Positions 10,863 through 20,187 of a DNA stretch of 32,885 nucleotides are shown one piece after another. Both the position numbers and the translations under genes were made by a program. The notes under the pieces are model-generated. The model did no database searches. It was not told where the DNA came from and saw only the letters and a list, made by a program, of their open reading frames with translations. The stretch is taken from positions 1-32,885 of IMG/VR virus record IMGVR_UViG_3300048895_000065. One strand, written 5' to 3'. The DNA is from a virus. Its lineage: Duplodnaviria; Caudoviricetes. Within the stretch, counting starts at the first letter, position 1, and each line of letters begins with the position of its first letter.

Positions 10863-11657
10863 CTAGCCGCTCCATTCCTGCGCGTACTGGCGCTTACCGG
10901 GAGACCAGAACGTCGGCCGACGCTGCAACCCCGCCGGGTTCGTCGTCGCGAGGAACGCGTCGACCAACGGCAGACCGGTGGACCACTGGCCGTTCCTCTT
11001 TCCCCATGACGTGAACGCGAGCTTGTCGATCGTGACTCCCTGCCTCGTCAGCTTCGTCACACCCGACGGCAACCTGCACTCACCCGACCCGCTCGAGCAA
11101 GCCTTGTAGAGCTCACAGCCGATCGAGGCGGCAGCCGCGATACCCAACGCGGGCGGGTCAGCGCCGAACGTGTAGGTGATGCTGAACGTGTTCTCTTCGG
11201 TGTCGGGCAGTCCTAGGTTCTGCGACCACGGCCACCGCAAATCATCGAGCCTCTGGAGGTAGCGGTCGTTGTAGACCCGGTATTCGCTGGGATCGAGGAC
11301 GTCGCCGCTGATCTTGACCTCGGACACCTCACGAACAGGAACCCCCGCCAACTTCACCAAAGACGGAGAGCAGGCCGTCAAACAGCCGTCGCAGAGGGAG
11401 AGGAGCGGGTAGCCGTAGTCCCACGGTCCGATCACGTAGCCGCGCGACAGCACCTGCCAGCCGCACCAGCAGTCGTCGCACGCCGGCCGCACCGTACGCG
11501 GACCGCATTCCCCGGCGTACAGACGACCGCTGATCTCAAACAGAAGGTCCGAGGCTTGCTCCGCGACGAGGTCGAAGATGACGCCGCCGCTGCTCTCCAC
11601 CGAGCAGCAGTCAGCGACGTCATCCCCGGTAATCCACGGCGAGCATGGACCTGCCAT
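10863..11657 (-). CDS. head-to-tail adaptor
   Basis: ASDLLFEISGRLY, TVRP, CELYKAC...CRLP, TRQGVT, TGLPLVDAFL...NP motifs typical of actinophage adaptors. Confidence 0.8.
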   Translation of the reverse strand: MAGPCSPWITGDDVADCCSVESSGGVIFDLVAEQASDLLFEISGRLYAGECGPRTVRPACDDCWCGWQVLSRGYVIGPWDYGYPLLSLCDGCLTACSPSLVKLAGVPVREVSEVKISGDVLDPSEYRVYNDRYLQRLDDLRWPWSQNLGLPDTEENTFSITYTFGADPPALGIAAAASIGCELYKACSSGSGECRLPSGVTKLTRQGVTIDKLAFTSWGKRNGQWSTGLPLVDAFLATTNPAGLQRRPTFWSPGKRQYAQEWSG

Positions 11658-11661
11658 CAGG

Positions 11662-12318
11662 CTACGACGTGCTCGTCACGTTCTGGGCAGCGCACTCCGC
11701 CGTCGGCAGATCATCGCTGGTGGCCCACCATGCGCCCTCAGCGATGTCAGCGCCGTTCGGCGGACCGTCACCATACGGGCCCTCGCCCCAGTTCTCGTTC
11801 GTCTGCGAGTTCCCGACGAACTGCGGCTGCGCCGGACCCTCCTGGAACGTGTTCTGGCCGAGCACCCACGTCGTGCTGGGGAACACCCAGTGGAAGTACG
11901 GATAGGTGCCGTCCAACCCTGAGCCGGTCACGTTCTCGGCCCAGAACTCGAACGCGACAGTCGGAGCCTGCTCCTCACAGTCCAACGCGGACGGGAACGC
12001 CACACCGACCGTCACACCCGTGTCGGTGATCGCTGTTGCTCCCAGAAGGAACTGCTGCATTACGGGCTCCATCGCGGCAGCGTCGAACGTGATCTCCCAG
12101 AAATTGAACGTGTCCGGGTTCTTCCGCGACGCGATCTTGCAGCCGCAGCCGTTCCGCACCGAGAAGTTGTTCCCCGCTTCGTTGTTCGGGTTGACCTGGA
12201 TCGAGATCGGCTTGTCCGACACGTACGAGTTAGATCCTGCGATGACGTTGCCGTTCGAGTCGAGTCGCGTGATCCGAACGAGGCACGCTCCGAAACTCAC
12301 TCCACAGTTAAAAGCCAT
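11662..12318 (-). CDS. major tail protein
   Basis: VRITRLD..G, VRNGCG, AFEFW, YFHWVFP motifs; GGAGGAGG RBS. Confidence 0.75.
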   Translation of the reverse strand: MAFNCGVSFGACLVRITRLDSNGNVIAGSNSYVSDKPISIQVNPNNEAGNNFSVRNGCGCKIASRKNPDTFNFWEITFDAAAMEPVMQQFLLGATAITDTGVTVGVAFPSALDCEEQAPTVAFEFWAENVTGSGLDGTYPYFHWVFPSTTWVLGQNTFQEGPAQPQFVGNSQTNENWGEGPYGDGPPNGADIAEGAWWATSDDLPTAECAAQNVTSTS

Positions 12319-12335
12319 TTCTTACCTCCTCCGAA

Positions 12336-13175
12336 TCACGTAGACCAGTCGACCAGAACAGCGCCCTGCAAGGCGGTGTCCCAGATAGCAAGCACGTACC
12401 GTTCCGCCCGGAACGTGAGAAGGTTGATCTCACGGTCCAGGTTCTCCCTGACCGAGTCCAACCGGACCGGGCCCATGTACACCTTCACGGGGCCGGTAGC
12501 GAACGCCCAGTCCTCCTTCGCTGACGGGGTCGACAGCGCGGCCGTGTCGACGCCCTGGTAGCCCATCCCCGAAACGACCTGGGTGCCGTTAACCGATACC
12601 AGTTCCGTGTTGTCCTTCGTCGTGACGGGCCATGTTTGCAGCGACGTCAGGATCGCTGGGGTGAAGTGCAGCATTCCCTGTCGGCATTGGGTACCCAGAT
12701 ACTCCTCGAGGAACGACTGTCCGATCTTCGCGGACACCGCCGTCCCGCTGTTCAGGATGTCGACGTTCGAGTCTCCGAAGAATGGGTTGGACGACGAATC
12801 CACACCCGCGGCCAACGCTGACTCGATACCAGCCGAAACGGTGGCGTCGAGGACGGCCTCGGCACGGTCGAACAGTTCCTGCGGATCCCTTAAGCCCATC
12901 GCGGAACACGTCACAGCCTTGTACACCACGAACGAGTCGAAGCGGACGTTGGGCTGTTCCGACTCGTCATCCTTGATCCGGAACGTCCCGTCCAGGCAAG
13001 GCTCCCAAAGGCTCGCGCAGTCTGTCGGGTAGCCCCACACGTTGACGCCGTTCAACACACGGGTGGCGTCACGCTCTACCACCACTCCCTCCGTCATCAG
13101 GAGGGAGTGGGGTGGAGCGACGGGAGGAGGCCCGTCAAGCGCGAACGCCGGACCGACTGCCTCAAACGTTGCCAT
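12336..13175 (-). CDS. second capsid protein (pentamer-type)
   Basis: 279 aa following the major capsid; FVVY...C, GTQVVSGMGY, ATGPV, N......AER.Y motifs as in cluster-B-like mycobacteriophage pentamer proteins. Confidence 0.7.
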   Translation of the reverse strand: MATFEAVGPAFALDGPPPVAPPHSLLMTEGVVVERDATRVLNGVNVWGYPTDCASLWEPCLDGTFRIKDDESEQPNVRFDSFVVYKAVTCSAMGLRDPQELFDRAEAVLDATVSAGIESALAAGVDSSSNPFFGDSNVDILNSGTAVSAKIGQSFLEEYLGTQCRQGMLHFTPAILTSLQTWPVTTKDNTELVSVNGTQVVSGMGYQGVDTAALSTPSAKEDWAFATGPVKVYMGPVRLDSVRENLDREINLLTFRAERYVLAIWDTALQGAVLVDWST

Positions 13176-13201
13176 TGTCAGACCTCCTCTCTACTCATTG
13201 A

Positions 13202-14971
13202 TCAGTCACACGTCCGAACGGTGCCCGCGGGCGGGAACTGACCCGAAGCGCAGATGTCGGAGGTGACCCAGTACGCCGCCTGAGCCGGAGCGATACGAGC
13301 GACGTTCCGGAACCTTTCACCGAACACCTGGAAGTCGTTCGTGGAGTTCAGCGTGCTGTCCCGGACGATGCCGAGCTCGAGCGTGCCGGAGTCGATCCCG
13401 AGGAACGCGCCCTGCGGGAAGATCGCCCACTGCACGTTGTCGGGGAGGCCGTCGATCGCCGCCGCCGTCTGCGCCGAATCGGGAAGCTGGGTTGTTCCCG
13501 TGGTCGGCGTGTCGAGGTAGTAGACCGGGTCGATCCCCGCGCCGCGGAGGTACGCCTCGATCTCGCCCTTCGACCTGAACCTGTCGAACTGCGTCTGGAT
13601 CGTGTCGAGCAGAAGCAGATCCAGCGTGTACGACGGAAGCAGTGCCGTGAACCGTGCGTTCGCGGGCATCCGCAGCCGTCCCGCGATCCCGAACTTCGAC
13701 TTCACGATCGCGTCCACCAGATAGATGAGAGCGCCGAGCGTCTCGAGGCCGTTCGTCACGTTGACGCTGAGGGCCTTGATCCGGTCGAGCATGAACTCCT
13801 CCGACGTGCGGGCCAGAGCCTGCATCGTCAAAGCGTTCTCATGCGCGATCTTCTCCGGCCACGCCCGGGCGTTCAGGTTGCCGTACTCGCGGCAGTGAGC
13901 CAGGATCTGGATCGCCGTCTCCGTGTACGCGGGACACGTCAGGTCCTGACAGCTCTTGGTCGCGAACGTTCCACCGAGTGCGTCGTTCGCCTCGGAGATG
14001 GACGAGATCGCGGTCGTGATGTCCGCGATGTACGTCGCCGCCGGAACGTTCACACCACCCCTTGCCGCCTGGAAGACAGGGAGGCTGTCCCAGACCGGCT
14101 CTGCCTCGGTGCCGAAGTTCGGCATCGTGTAGATCGGCGTCAGAGGAGCACACAGACCACCGGAAGCGGTCAGCGCGCCGTTCTCCTCGGTGCCCTTCCC
14201 GAAACCGGGAAGCGACGACTCCGGGATCTTCGCCTGCACCTTCGCGGAATCCTCATCCAGGTTTCCCGTCAGGATGCGGTCCTCTGGGAACCCGAAGTCG
14301 GCCCGGGCGATCTTGTGCTCCGGACCGCCGAACCGGTAGCGGCCAGGTGCGTCGACCTTCGGGTGGTTGCCGTGATGCGCCGCCGCACCGATGACGAGCT
14401 CAGCGAGCGACGTCGGGGTGAGCGGGTCGCGGAACTGCAAGCCCATCTCGCCGGCCGCAACCAGCGCCGTACCGGCAGGCTCCGGGGTCGAAACGCTGAT
14501 GCGGTTCGCTGCCGGTGCCGGAGGTGTCCGCGAATAGCGGGGTGACGGGACGATCGAGGCGGTGACGAGCTCCTGCTCCTCCAGGACCTCTTCCACGACG
14601 GGTGCGTCCTCGAGGATCGCTTCGGCTTCTGCGACGACCTCGGCCTCCGCCGTCACCTCGGCCTCGTCGCCCTCACCCTCCGGTGCGTCGGCGTCCTCTT
14701 CGTTCAGGGCGTTCTTCAGTTCGTCCCGTTTGGCGACGAACTCGGCGTACGCGCCCTCGCGCTCCTTGTTCTCCGCGCGAAGCGTCTTGATCTGGTCGAC
14801 GCCCTCGGCGTACTGGGCGATGATCTCGTCGGCCGTGAGTCCCTTGAGGAACTCCTGGTCGTCGGAATCGATCAGCTCTGCCGCGGCGAGGTGGTCGGTG
14901 AGAAGCTGCGCGATGTCCGCATCGGACACCTCGCTCAGGTTCTCTGGAATCTTGGGGAACAGCGGATCCAT
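13202..14971 (-). CDS. major capsid protein (hexamer-type) with acidic N-terminal scaffold/delta region
   Basis: ALTASGGLCAP...Y, ARGGV, WPE, GTLELGIVRDSTLNSTNDFQVFGE motifs; AGGAG RBS. Confidence 0.9.
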   Translation of the reverse strand: MDPLFPKIPENLSEVSDADIAQLLTDHLAAAELIDSDDQEFLKGLTADEIIAQYAEGVDQIKTLRAENKEREGAYAEFVAKRDELKNALNEEDADAPEGEGDEAEVTAEAEVVAEAEAILEDAPVVEEVLEEQELVTASIVPSPRYSRTPPAPAANRISVSTPEPAGTALVAAGEMGLQFRDPLTPTSLAELVIGAAAHHGNHPKVDAPGRYRFGGPEHKIARADFGFPEDRILTGNLDEDSAKVQAKIPESSLPGFGKGTEENGALTASGGLCAPLTPIYTMPNFGTEAEPVWDSLPVFQAARGGVNVPAATYIADITTAISSISEANDALGGTFATKSCQDLTCPAYTETAIQILAHCREYGNLNARAWPEKIAHENALTMQALARTSEEFMLDRIKALSVNVTNGLETLGALIYLVDAIVKSKFGIAGRLRMPANARFTALLPSYTLDLLLLDTIQTQFDRFRSKGEIEAYLRGAGIDPVYYLDTPTTGTTQLPDSAQTAAAIDGLPDNVQWAIFPQGAFLGIDSGTLELGIVRDSTLNSTNDFQVFGERFRNVARIAPAQAAYWVTSDICASGQFPPAGTVRTCD

Positions 14972-14974
14972 CAG

Positions 14975-15075
14975 GGTTCTCCTATTCGGTCGCGTTACGT
15001 GACGCGCCAGAACCCTTGGTTCTCGCTCACAGCAGCAAGCCTCGCCTGCCGTGCTGGGTGCCTTATATCAAATCG
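14975..15075 (-). promoter_or_regulatory. structured leader upstream of the major capsid gene
   Basis: Non-coding gap with three consecutive hairpins and TGATATAAG at its 5' end. Confidence 0.4.
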
Positions 15076-15087
15076 GGGCGGACAGCA

Positions 15088-15714
15088 TCACCAGTCGTAG
15101 CGTGCAGCATCATCTGCAAGTTGGAGTGCTTGCCGCCATGATTCCGCCCACGGCACATGCGACCGTCCGCCCTTCACCGAAGGTTCTCCGTCGTCGTGCT
15201 GGACGATCGACGGCACCGACACCAGCACCTGCGTCCTCGTTGCACGCAGCCAGCGGGCCGCGTTCCCGTCATCAGCACGCGTCATCCCGCGCGCCGCAGC
15301 CGACCATTCGAGGAACGCATGAGCCACCTTGGTGGGCCACAGCACGCACACCAGCGGCATGAACGACGACAATGTCAGCGAGACATAGCGAACGTCAGGC
15401 TTCGCGCGTCTGACTAGCGCGGCGGTTGACGCCGGCATCGATCCCATGAACAGGCACACTGGGGAGTCGGGGTGGCGTTCAGCGATCCTTACTGTTGCGT
15501 CTGCGAATCCGGGTGTTGGGATGGCGTCATCCTGAACCACCAGCAGGTGTGAGGCATCACCGTCATATTGGAGGCAACGCCGGTAGTTAGCCCACGGGTC
15601 TGGTGGTTCAGATGAGTGAACCAATAGGTCAGCGGGGAGGGGCTGTAGTAGTTCAAGCAATCTCCCGTGAACGTGCGCCCTCGAGGGGTGTGCCTGGATG
15701 CGGCACTGGATCAC
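15088..15714 (-). CDS. GT-A-fold glycosyltransferase-like protein
   Basis: GTGA-coupled start; IQAHPSR, LLVVQDDA, ADD, VPSIVQH motifs as in actinophage glycosyltransferases. Confidence 0.6.
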   Translation of the reverse strand: MIQCRIQAHPSRAHVHGRLLELLQPLPADLLVHSSEPPDPWANYRRCLQYDGDASHLLVVQDDAIPTPGFADATVRIAERHPDSPVCLFMGSMPASTAALVRRAKPDVRYVSLTLSSFMPLVCVLWPTKVAHAFLEWSAAARGMTRADDGNAARWLRATRTQVLVSVPSIVQHDDGEPSVKGGRSHVPWAESWRQALQLADDAARYDW

Positions 15715-16457
15715 CGCGAAGCGGCAAGGGCGGCACGGCGGCGCAGGAAGTCCCGGTCGCGTTCCGTCGGCTCCGCTAGCGCGGCGGACAAAACCTTCTT
15801 CCGCTCTTGATAGTCGGCGGACGCGACCAAGGCGAACTCCTCCTCCGGAACCCAAGGAGGCAAGATCAGCGACTCAACCTCCACGTCACCTGCTGCCGAC
15901 GCGGCGAGAGCAACCTCTGCGCGAGGGATGGGGAACCCCGGCACCGGCACGGACAGGGCGGCGACTAGCTCGAGATGGCGGTTCAGGGAGCGCCAGTCTC
16001 CCGAGGGCGGGTTGGCGCGAAGGTCACGGAACCCCTCCTCGGAAATGTCAGAACGTACCGAACCGGACACCCAAATTCCGACGGAGCCATTCCGGGCTCG
16101 TACGAACGCGCCAACCGAGCCGGTATGGTCGTAGTGGTCAGCAGCCACCCGTGCAGAAGCTGATAGGGGAGCGTGTCCGGTGGCGTATGTGATCTTTCCG
16201 ACACGAACATCTCCTCCATCCGTCTCCAACGTGCCAAGGTGGTAGTGCTGGTAGTCGCTCTTCGAAGCGGGCGGCTGGACGCACTCAGCCACCGCGCCAT
16301 TCAGAAAGCCGGTATGGCAGGACCCCCACAACGCAAGATGGCCATAGACGCGGCCATTCTTCTCGAACGTCAGCGGCGTCGCAACGTCGGGCTCTTCCAT
16401 GTCGAACCATGCGCGCGGCGGACGGATCGGAAACATGCGCGGCATCTTATACCTCAT
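15711..16457 (-). CDS. capsid maturation protease
   Basis: RVYGHLALWGSCH, GIWVSG, SGDWR, LELVAAL.V.VPGFP motifs; upstream of the capsid genes. True start may be 16445 or 16436. Confidence 0.75.
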   Translation of the reverse strand: MRYKMPRMFPIRPPRAWFDMEEPDVATPLTFEKNGRVYGHLALWGSCHTGFLNGAVAECVQPPASKSDYQHYHLGTLETDGGDVRVGKITYATGHAPLSASARVAADHYDHTGSVGAFVRARNGSVGIWVSGSVRSDISEEGFRDLRANPPSGDWRSLNRHLELVAALSVPVPGFPIPRAEVALAASAAGDVEVESLILPPWVPEEEFALVASADYQERKKVLSAALAEPTERDRDFLRRRAALAASR

Positions 16458-16650
16458 TCAGGACGACAGCCAACCAATCGTCCTCCGCCATGATTTGCTC
16501 CAACCGCTTACGGCGACCCCTGGTCATCGGCCCGCCCACCCCAGGAGTCGGAGGTGTCGGAACACAGTTCTCCAACACAAGAAACCCCGAGCCGTCCTCC
16601 AGCTCGAACCGGCCCACACCATCCACTTCCTGGACGAGATAGCAGCTCAT
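16447..16650 (-). CDS. small hypothetical (probable virion) protein
   Basis: ATGA-coupled; tandem YLVQEVDG / FELEDGSG / LVLEN motif. Confidence 0.6.
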   Translation of the reverse strand: MSCYLVQEVDGVGRFELEDGSGFLVLENCVPTPPTPGVGGPMTRGRRKRLEQIMAEDDWLAVVLNEV

Positions 16651-17795
16651 GCCGAAACCTTATCCCTGAGTTTCGTGAATCCTTCGCCCCACAGAAGATC
16701 CAAATTGTCGAACCACCTTTCGTACGCCGGCCGAACAGCGTCCATCGAATAGCGGGAGAGCGCGTAGTCGCTCACGTCGACGCGGTCCAGTTCCATCGCC
16801 GCGACGGTTCCGTCGACGGCTTCTTGCAGCGTCTGGAACCGGTAGCCCGACACTCCTTCAACGACGGTGTCGGTGAACGCACCGAAGTCCGTCGTCACGA
16901 CAGGAGTGCCGCACATCATCGACTCAACGGCGACGCCGCCGAACGGCTCCGCATACAACGTCGGCACAAGGGTGACAGCGGCCTCTCCCATCAGCACAGC
17001 GCGGTCCTCGATCCCAACCGGACCCACGTATTCGAGATGCCGTGCGGCCCACTCGCCCTCCGTCGACCGCAAATACCCCGGCCTGTGCTCCACCGCTCCC
17101 GGACCCGCAACCACCAGCCGCATGTCCAACGCATCAGCGATGAAGCACGCTTCCGTGATGCCTTTCAGCGGGATCAGCCGTCCGACGAACAACAGGTAAT
17201 CGCCGCCGCCGCCGAGTGGGAGCTCGTCGGGGTCGAACTGGTTCGGGATCACCACGTCGCCCCGCCTGGGGAAGTTCTGCAACCCGAGTTCGCCGTACAC
17301 CATCGCCCGGTGAGACTGCGACTCGAACGCGGCGAACACAGGAGACAACCTGGGTTTCACGATGATGCCGCGGTAGCCGACCATGATCTCCGCGCCGATC
17401 ATCTCCGGAATCGCATCAGCCACAAGTCCCTGAGACTGGCCGGCGGAGATGCACAACAGATCGGTGGGCTGCATCCGCTGCCTGATTTCTCCGATGGCGC
17501 GGCCGTTCATCTCCTGCCACCACGGCTTGGACGAGTCCCATGAGAAGCCGCCGCGATCCAAATCGTTTTCGTCGGGTGCTCCGAACCACTCTTGTCGCCT
17601 TGCTTCGGTGAGGAGCGGGACGTGTTCGTCGCAGGGTGCTTCGTTCAGTTCGCCCGAATAAAGGATGACTTTGCGACCCTGACCCGTCATCATCCGGCAG
17701 AACTTCACGATCCTCTGCGTGTACGCGCACGTCGCGTAGTCAGACGTCGTTTGCGTATGGGGGAGTCCGAGGACGTGGAGGGTCTGGCTGCTCAC
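16647..17795 (-). CDS. glycosyltransferase family 4 (GT-B)
   Basis: LFVGRLIPLKG and EPFGGVAVESMMCGTPVV (EX7E) motifs; GTGA-coupled start. Confidence 0.9.
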   Translation of the reverse strand: MSSQTLHVLGLPHTQTTSDYATCAYTQRIVKFCRMMTGQGRKVILYSGELNEAPCDEHVPLLTEARRQEWFGAPDENDLDRGGFSWDSSKPWWQEMNGRAIGEIRQRMQPTDLLCISAGQSQGLVADAIPEMIGAEIMVGYRGIIVKPRLSPVFAAFESQSHRAMVYGELGLQNFPRRGDVVIPNQFDPDELPLGGGGDYLLFVGRLIPLKGITEACFIADALDMRLVVAGPGAVEHRPGYLRSTEGEWAARHLEYVGPVGIEDRAVLMGEAAVTLVPTLYAEPFGGVAVESMMCGTPVVTTDFGAFTDTVVEGVSGYRFQTLQEAVDGTVAAMELDRVDVSDYALSRYSMDAVRPAYERWFDNLDLLWGEGFTKLRDKVSA

Positions 17796-18385
17796 AGCAC
17801 GAACGTGCCGTAGTAAGCCAACCCGACTGCGCCGTTCTCGTTCACCATCTCGACCGTCCCCTCGCCGCCGATCCACTTGTTGAGCTCGTCGGCGTGGAGT
17901 GTGTGTGGGTGGCCGATGTTGGTTTCGGTTTCGACCCACTCGAACATCCGCAACATATGCGCACAGGCTTTGGCGGTCGCGATCACCTTCTCCGGGTCTT
18001 CGACGTGCTGCAACACGTTGTAGACCCAGCATTCCGACAGCTTCTCGTCATACGGGTTATTGAAGGCTTCTGCTGTTTCGACGTGGTAGAAGACACCCGC
18101 CGCCGCGTACCGTGCCGCGACCCATTCCGGGTACGGGCACGGGTCAACGACAGCACCCCAGCCGTTGATCGTTTTCAGCAGCAGCGACGTCGGTCCGCCG
18201 CCGAGGTCGAGTACCGAATATCCGTTGAGGTCGTAGACGGGCCACTTGCCATCCTGCGGTGCGTTTACCAATCCCATTCGGTGGGCGTAGGTGATCTGTT
18301 TCGCTTCCTCCCCGAACGTGTTCGTACACGTCCCCCACCACGATTGCTCCCAATCCTGGGCTGTTCCGTCCTCGTTCAGGCTCAC
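17792..18385 (-). CDS. class I SAM-dependent methyltransferase
   Basis: VLDLGGGP, VVDP, NVLQHVEDP motifs; GTGA-coupled start. Confidence 0.8.
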   Translation of the reverse strand: MSLNEDGTAQDWEQSWWGTCTNTFGEEAKQITYAHRMGLVNAPQDGKWPVYDLNGYSVLDLGGGPTSLLLKTINGWGAVVDPCPYPEWVAARYAAAGVFYHVETAEAFNNPYDEKLSECWVYNVLQHVEDPEKVIATAKACAHMLRMFEWVETETNIGHPHTLHADELNKWIGGEGTVEMVNENGAVGLAYYGTFVL

Positions 18386-18597
18386 CGTGTTCGCTCCATG
18401 TCCACGCCCGTCTTCCGCATCGGTGTCAAAGGATGCTCGTCCCTCCACGACGGACCGGTGCATGCCGGCTCGAGGCCGTCGCCGTCCGTACGAACGGAAT
18501 GATTGCACGTTGGGCAGACGTAGACGACGACGCCCCGCTTCACCGGCCCAAGCACAAGGTGGTCGAAGCGGGACGCCATGTAGTCGAGGTCGCCCAT
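18382..18597 (-). CDS. small putative zinc-binding protein
   Basis: CPTC...C...H in 71 aa; fills the gap exactly. Confidence 0.6.
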   Translation of the reverse strand: MGDLDYMASRFDHLVLGPVKRGVVVYVCPTCNHSVRTDGDGLEPACTGPSWRDEHPLTPMRKTGVDMERTR

Positions 18598-18939
18598 CTA
18601 GCTGAACGTGTAGCCGTACGCTGCCGCGACGACATCGGTGTTGTTCGCGAACCCTTCCCAGTAGTCGCTGTTCTGGACGGTGAACCAGCCGTTCAGGATG
18701 TACGGCACGTTGACGGTCAGGATGTAGGCGTCGAGGATCTTCTGAGCTGCCGTGTCCGCGGCCGTCGAGCCCTGCTCGACCGTGATCGCCCTTGCGGAGA
18801 CGCTGTTGAAGACGTTGGTGCGGACGACGCCGAACGTGAGTGCGCCAGCGGTGTTCTGGTAGCGCCATGTCGCGATGTTGGCCGCGCCGTTCCCCATCAC
18901 TTTCGCGGTGATCAGGGTGGCGGGCAAATATCCTGCCAT
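18598..18939 (-). CDS. hypothetical beta-rich (probable virion) protein
   Basis: AGGAGG RBS before MAGYLP; 113 aa rich in T/N/A/V. Confidence 0.65.
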   Translation of the reverse strand: MAGYLPATLITAKVMGNGAANIATWRYQNTAGALTFGVVRTNVFNSVSARAITVEQGSTAADTAAQKILDAYILTVNVPYILNGWFTVQNSDYWEGFANNTDVVAAAYGYTFS

Positions 18940-19118
18940 GCTTTTTCCTCCTTCGTGTTGTTCATGTCGGGCCACCCTTGCGGAACGGTGGCTTTCCTGT
19001 CGTTCCAGTAGAAATGACCGAACCCGGAGTCAACACCGGGCGACCGCGGCACATACACGGTAGGAGCCACCGCGAACTGGAGCAGCGGAATGATGTTGCG
19101 GGTGGAAGGGTTCGCCAT
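18912..19118 (-). CDS. hypothetical protein
   Basis: TGATG-coupled start MANPSTRN; 68 aa. Confidence 0.5.
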   Translation of the reverse strand: MANPSTRNIIPLLQFAVAPTVYVPRSPGVDSGFGHFYWNDRKATVPQGWPDMNNTKEEKAWQDICPPP

Positions 19119-19657
19119 CAGTATCCGCTCTCGGTGCGGGTGATGCCGCACAGCTCGAGACCGGGGGTGCCGTAGGTCGCGAACGTCGCGGTCGCGGGCA
19201 GCGCAAACGCCGACGCTTGGCTCAGAAGACCACCGACAGCGCCGTTCGCCGCCGTTGTCACTACATTCCCGAATGCTCTGTTCGCGTTCGATGTATCGCA
19301 GGCATAAGCGAAGTAGTACATTCCTGCCGGGAGAACGAACGGGACTGACGGTGTCACGTATTGCGGAACGCTCGTTCCTACCTGGGCTGTCGATCCGGTG
19401 CTGTAAAGCCTTGCGCCAGACGGCGAATAGATCCCGAAGTCGACGTTATTCCCGATGACCGATCCGTTACACCACCACACCCGTTTCACGGGATACTCCC
19501 AGGGGATGATCATCGGCATATACACCGCTCTGTTGGCCGACCATGTAATGGACACAGCCTGTGTTGATCCCTGCGCCAATCTGATGACCGGCAGTGGACC
19601 ATATGAAGAGAACGTCGAGAGGAAAAGGGGTAGTTGGTCGTCGGGCCAGTCGCTCAT
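19118..19657 (-). CDS. hypothetical beta-sandwich virion protein (paralog B)
   Basis: ATGA-coupled; aligns by eye with 19654..20187. Confidence 0.7.
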   Translation of the reverse strand: MSDWPDDQLPLFLSTFSSYGPLPVIRLAQGSTQAVSITWSANRAVYMPMIIPWEYPVKRVWWCNGSVIGNNVDFGIYSPSGARLYSTGSTAQVGTSVPQYVTPSVPFVLPAGMYYFAYACDTSNANRAFGNVVTTAANGAVGGLLSQASAFALPATATFATYGTPGLELCGITRTESGY

Positions 19658-20187
19658 ATCGTTGCCCCTGAGATGATCATTAGCGGCGTCGAACGTGCTG
19701 TGTAGGTCGCAAACGTGGCTGGGTTCGGAAGCGTCACAGCCCCTACTGCTTGCTGCTGAATACCAGCCGTCCGCGACGCAGCCGCGATCGTGGACACGGC
19801 GAGGAACGCAGCGGTGGTGTTGTCGACATTAATCGCCATGAAGTACGTTCCCGGCAAAAGCCAGGTGTCTGTGATATTGACTACCTGCAACCCGGCGGCA
19901 GCGACCGCTGTTGAACCAGCGGAAATGAGACGTGTCCCCTTCTCGTCGTAGATGCCGACGTCACAGTTGCCGCTCTGGGTGGTAACCTGGAAACCGATTT
20001 TCTGGGCCAGATACGGCCACGTCAACACGAAAGGACAGTAGACAGCCGTGTTCGCCGTCGTCCATAGGGTCGCAGTGCCAGCACTCGTCGTTGACCCGCG
20101 CATGTAGTCGCCAAGGCCGGTGTCCCCATAGTTAGATATGGAGTACGGCATCCTTCCGAACGAGCCTCTGGCGCTGAAGTCAGGCAT
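19654..20187 (-). CDS. hypothetical beta-sandwich virion protein (paralog A)
   Basis: TGATG-coupled; AN.AVY.P, D.GIY...G.RL.S.GST, LP..ATFATY shared with its neighbour. Confidence 0.7.
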   Translation of the reverse strand: MPDFSARGSFGRMPYSISNYGDTGLGDYMRGSTTSAGTATLWTTANTAVYCPFVLTWPYLAQKIGFQVTTQSGNCDVGIYDEKGTRLISAGSTAVAAAGLQVVNITDTWLLPGTYFMAINVDNTTAAFLAVSTIAAASRTAGIQQQAVGAVTLPNPATFATYTARSTPLMIISGATI

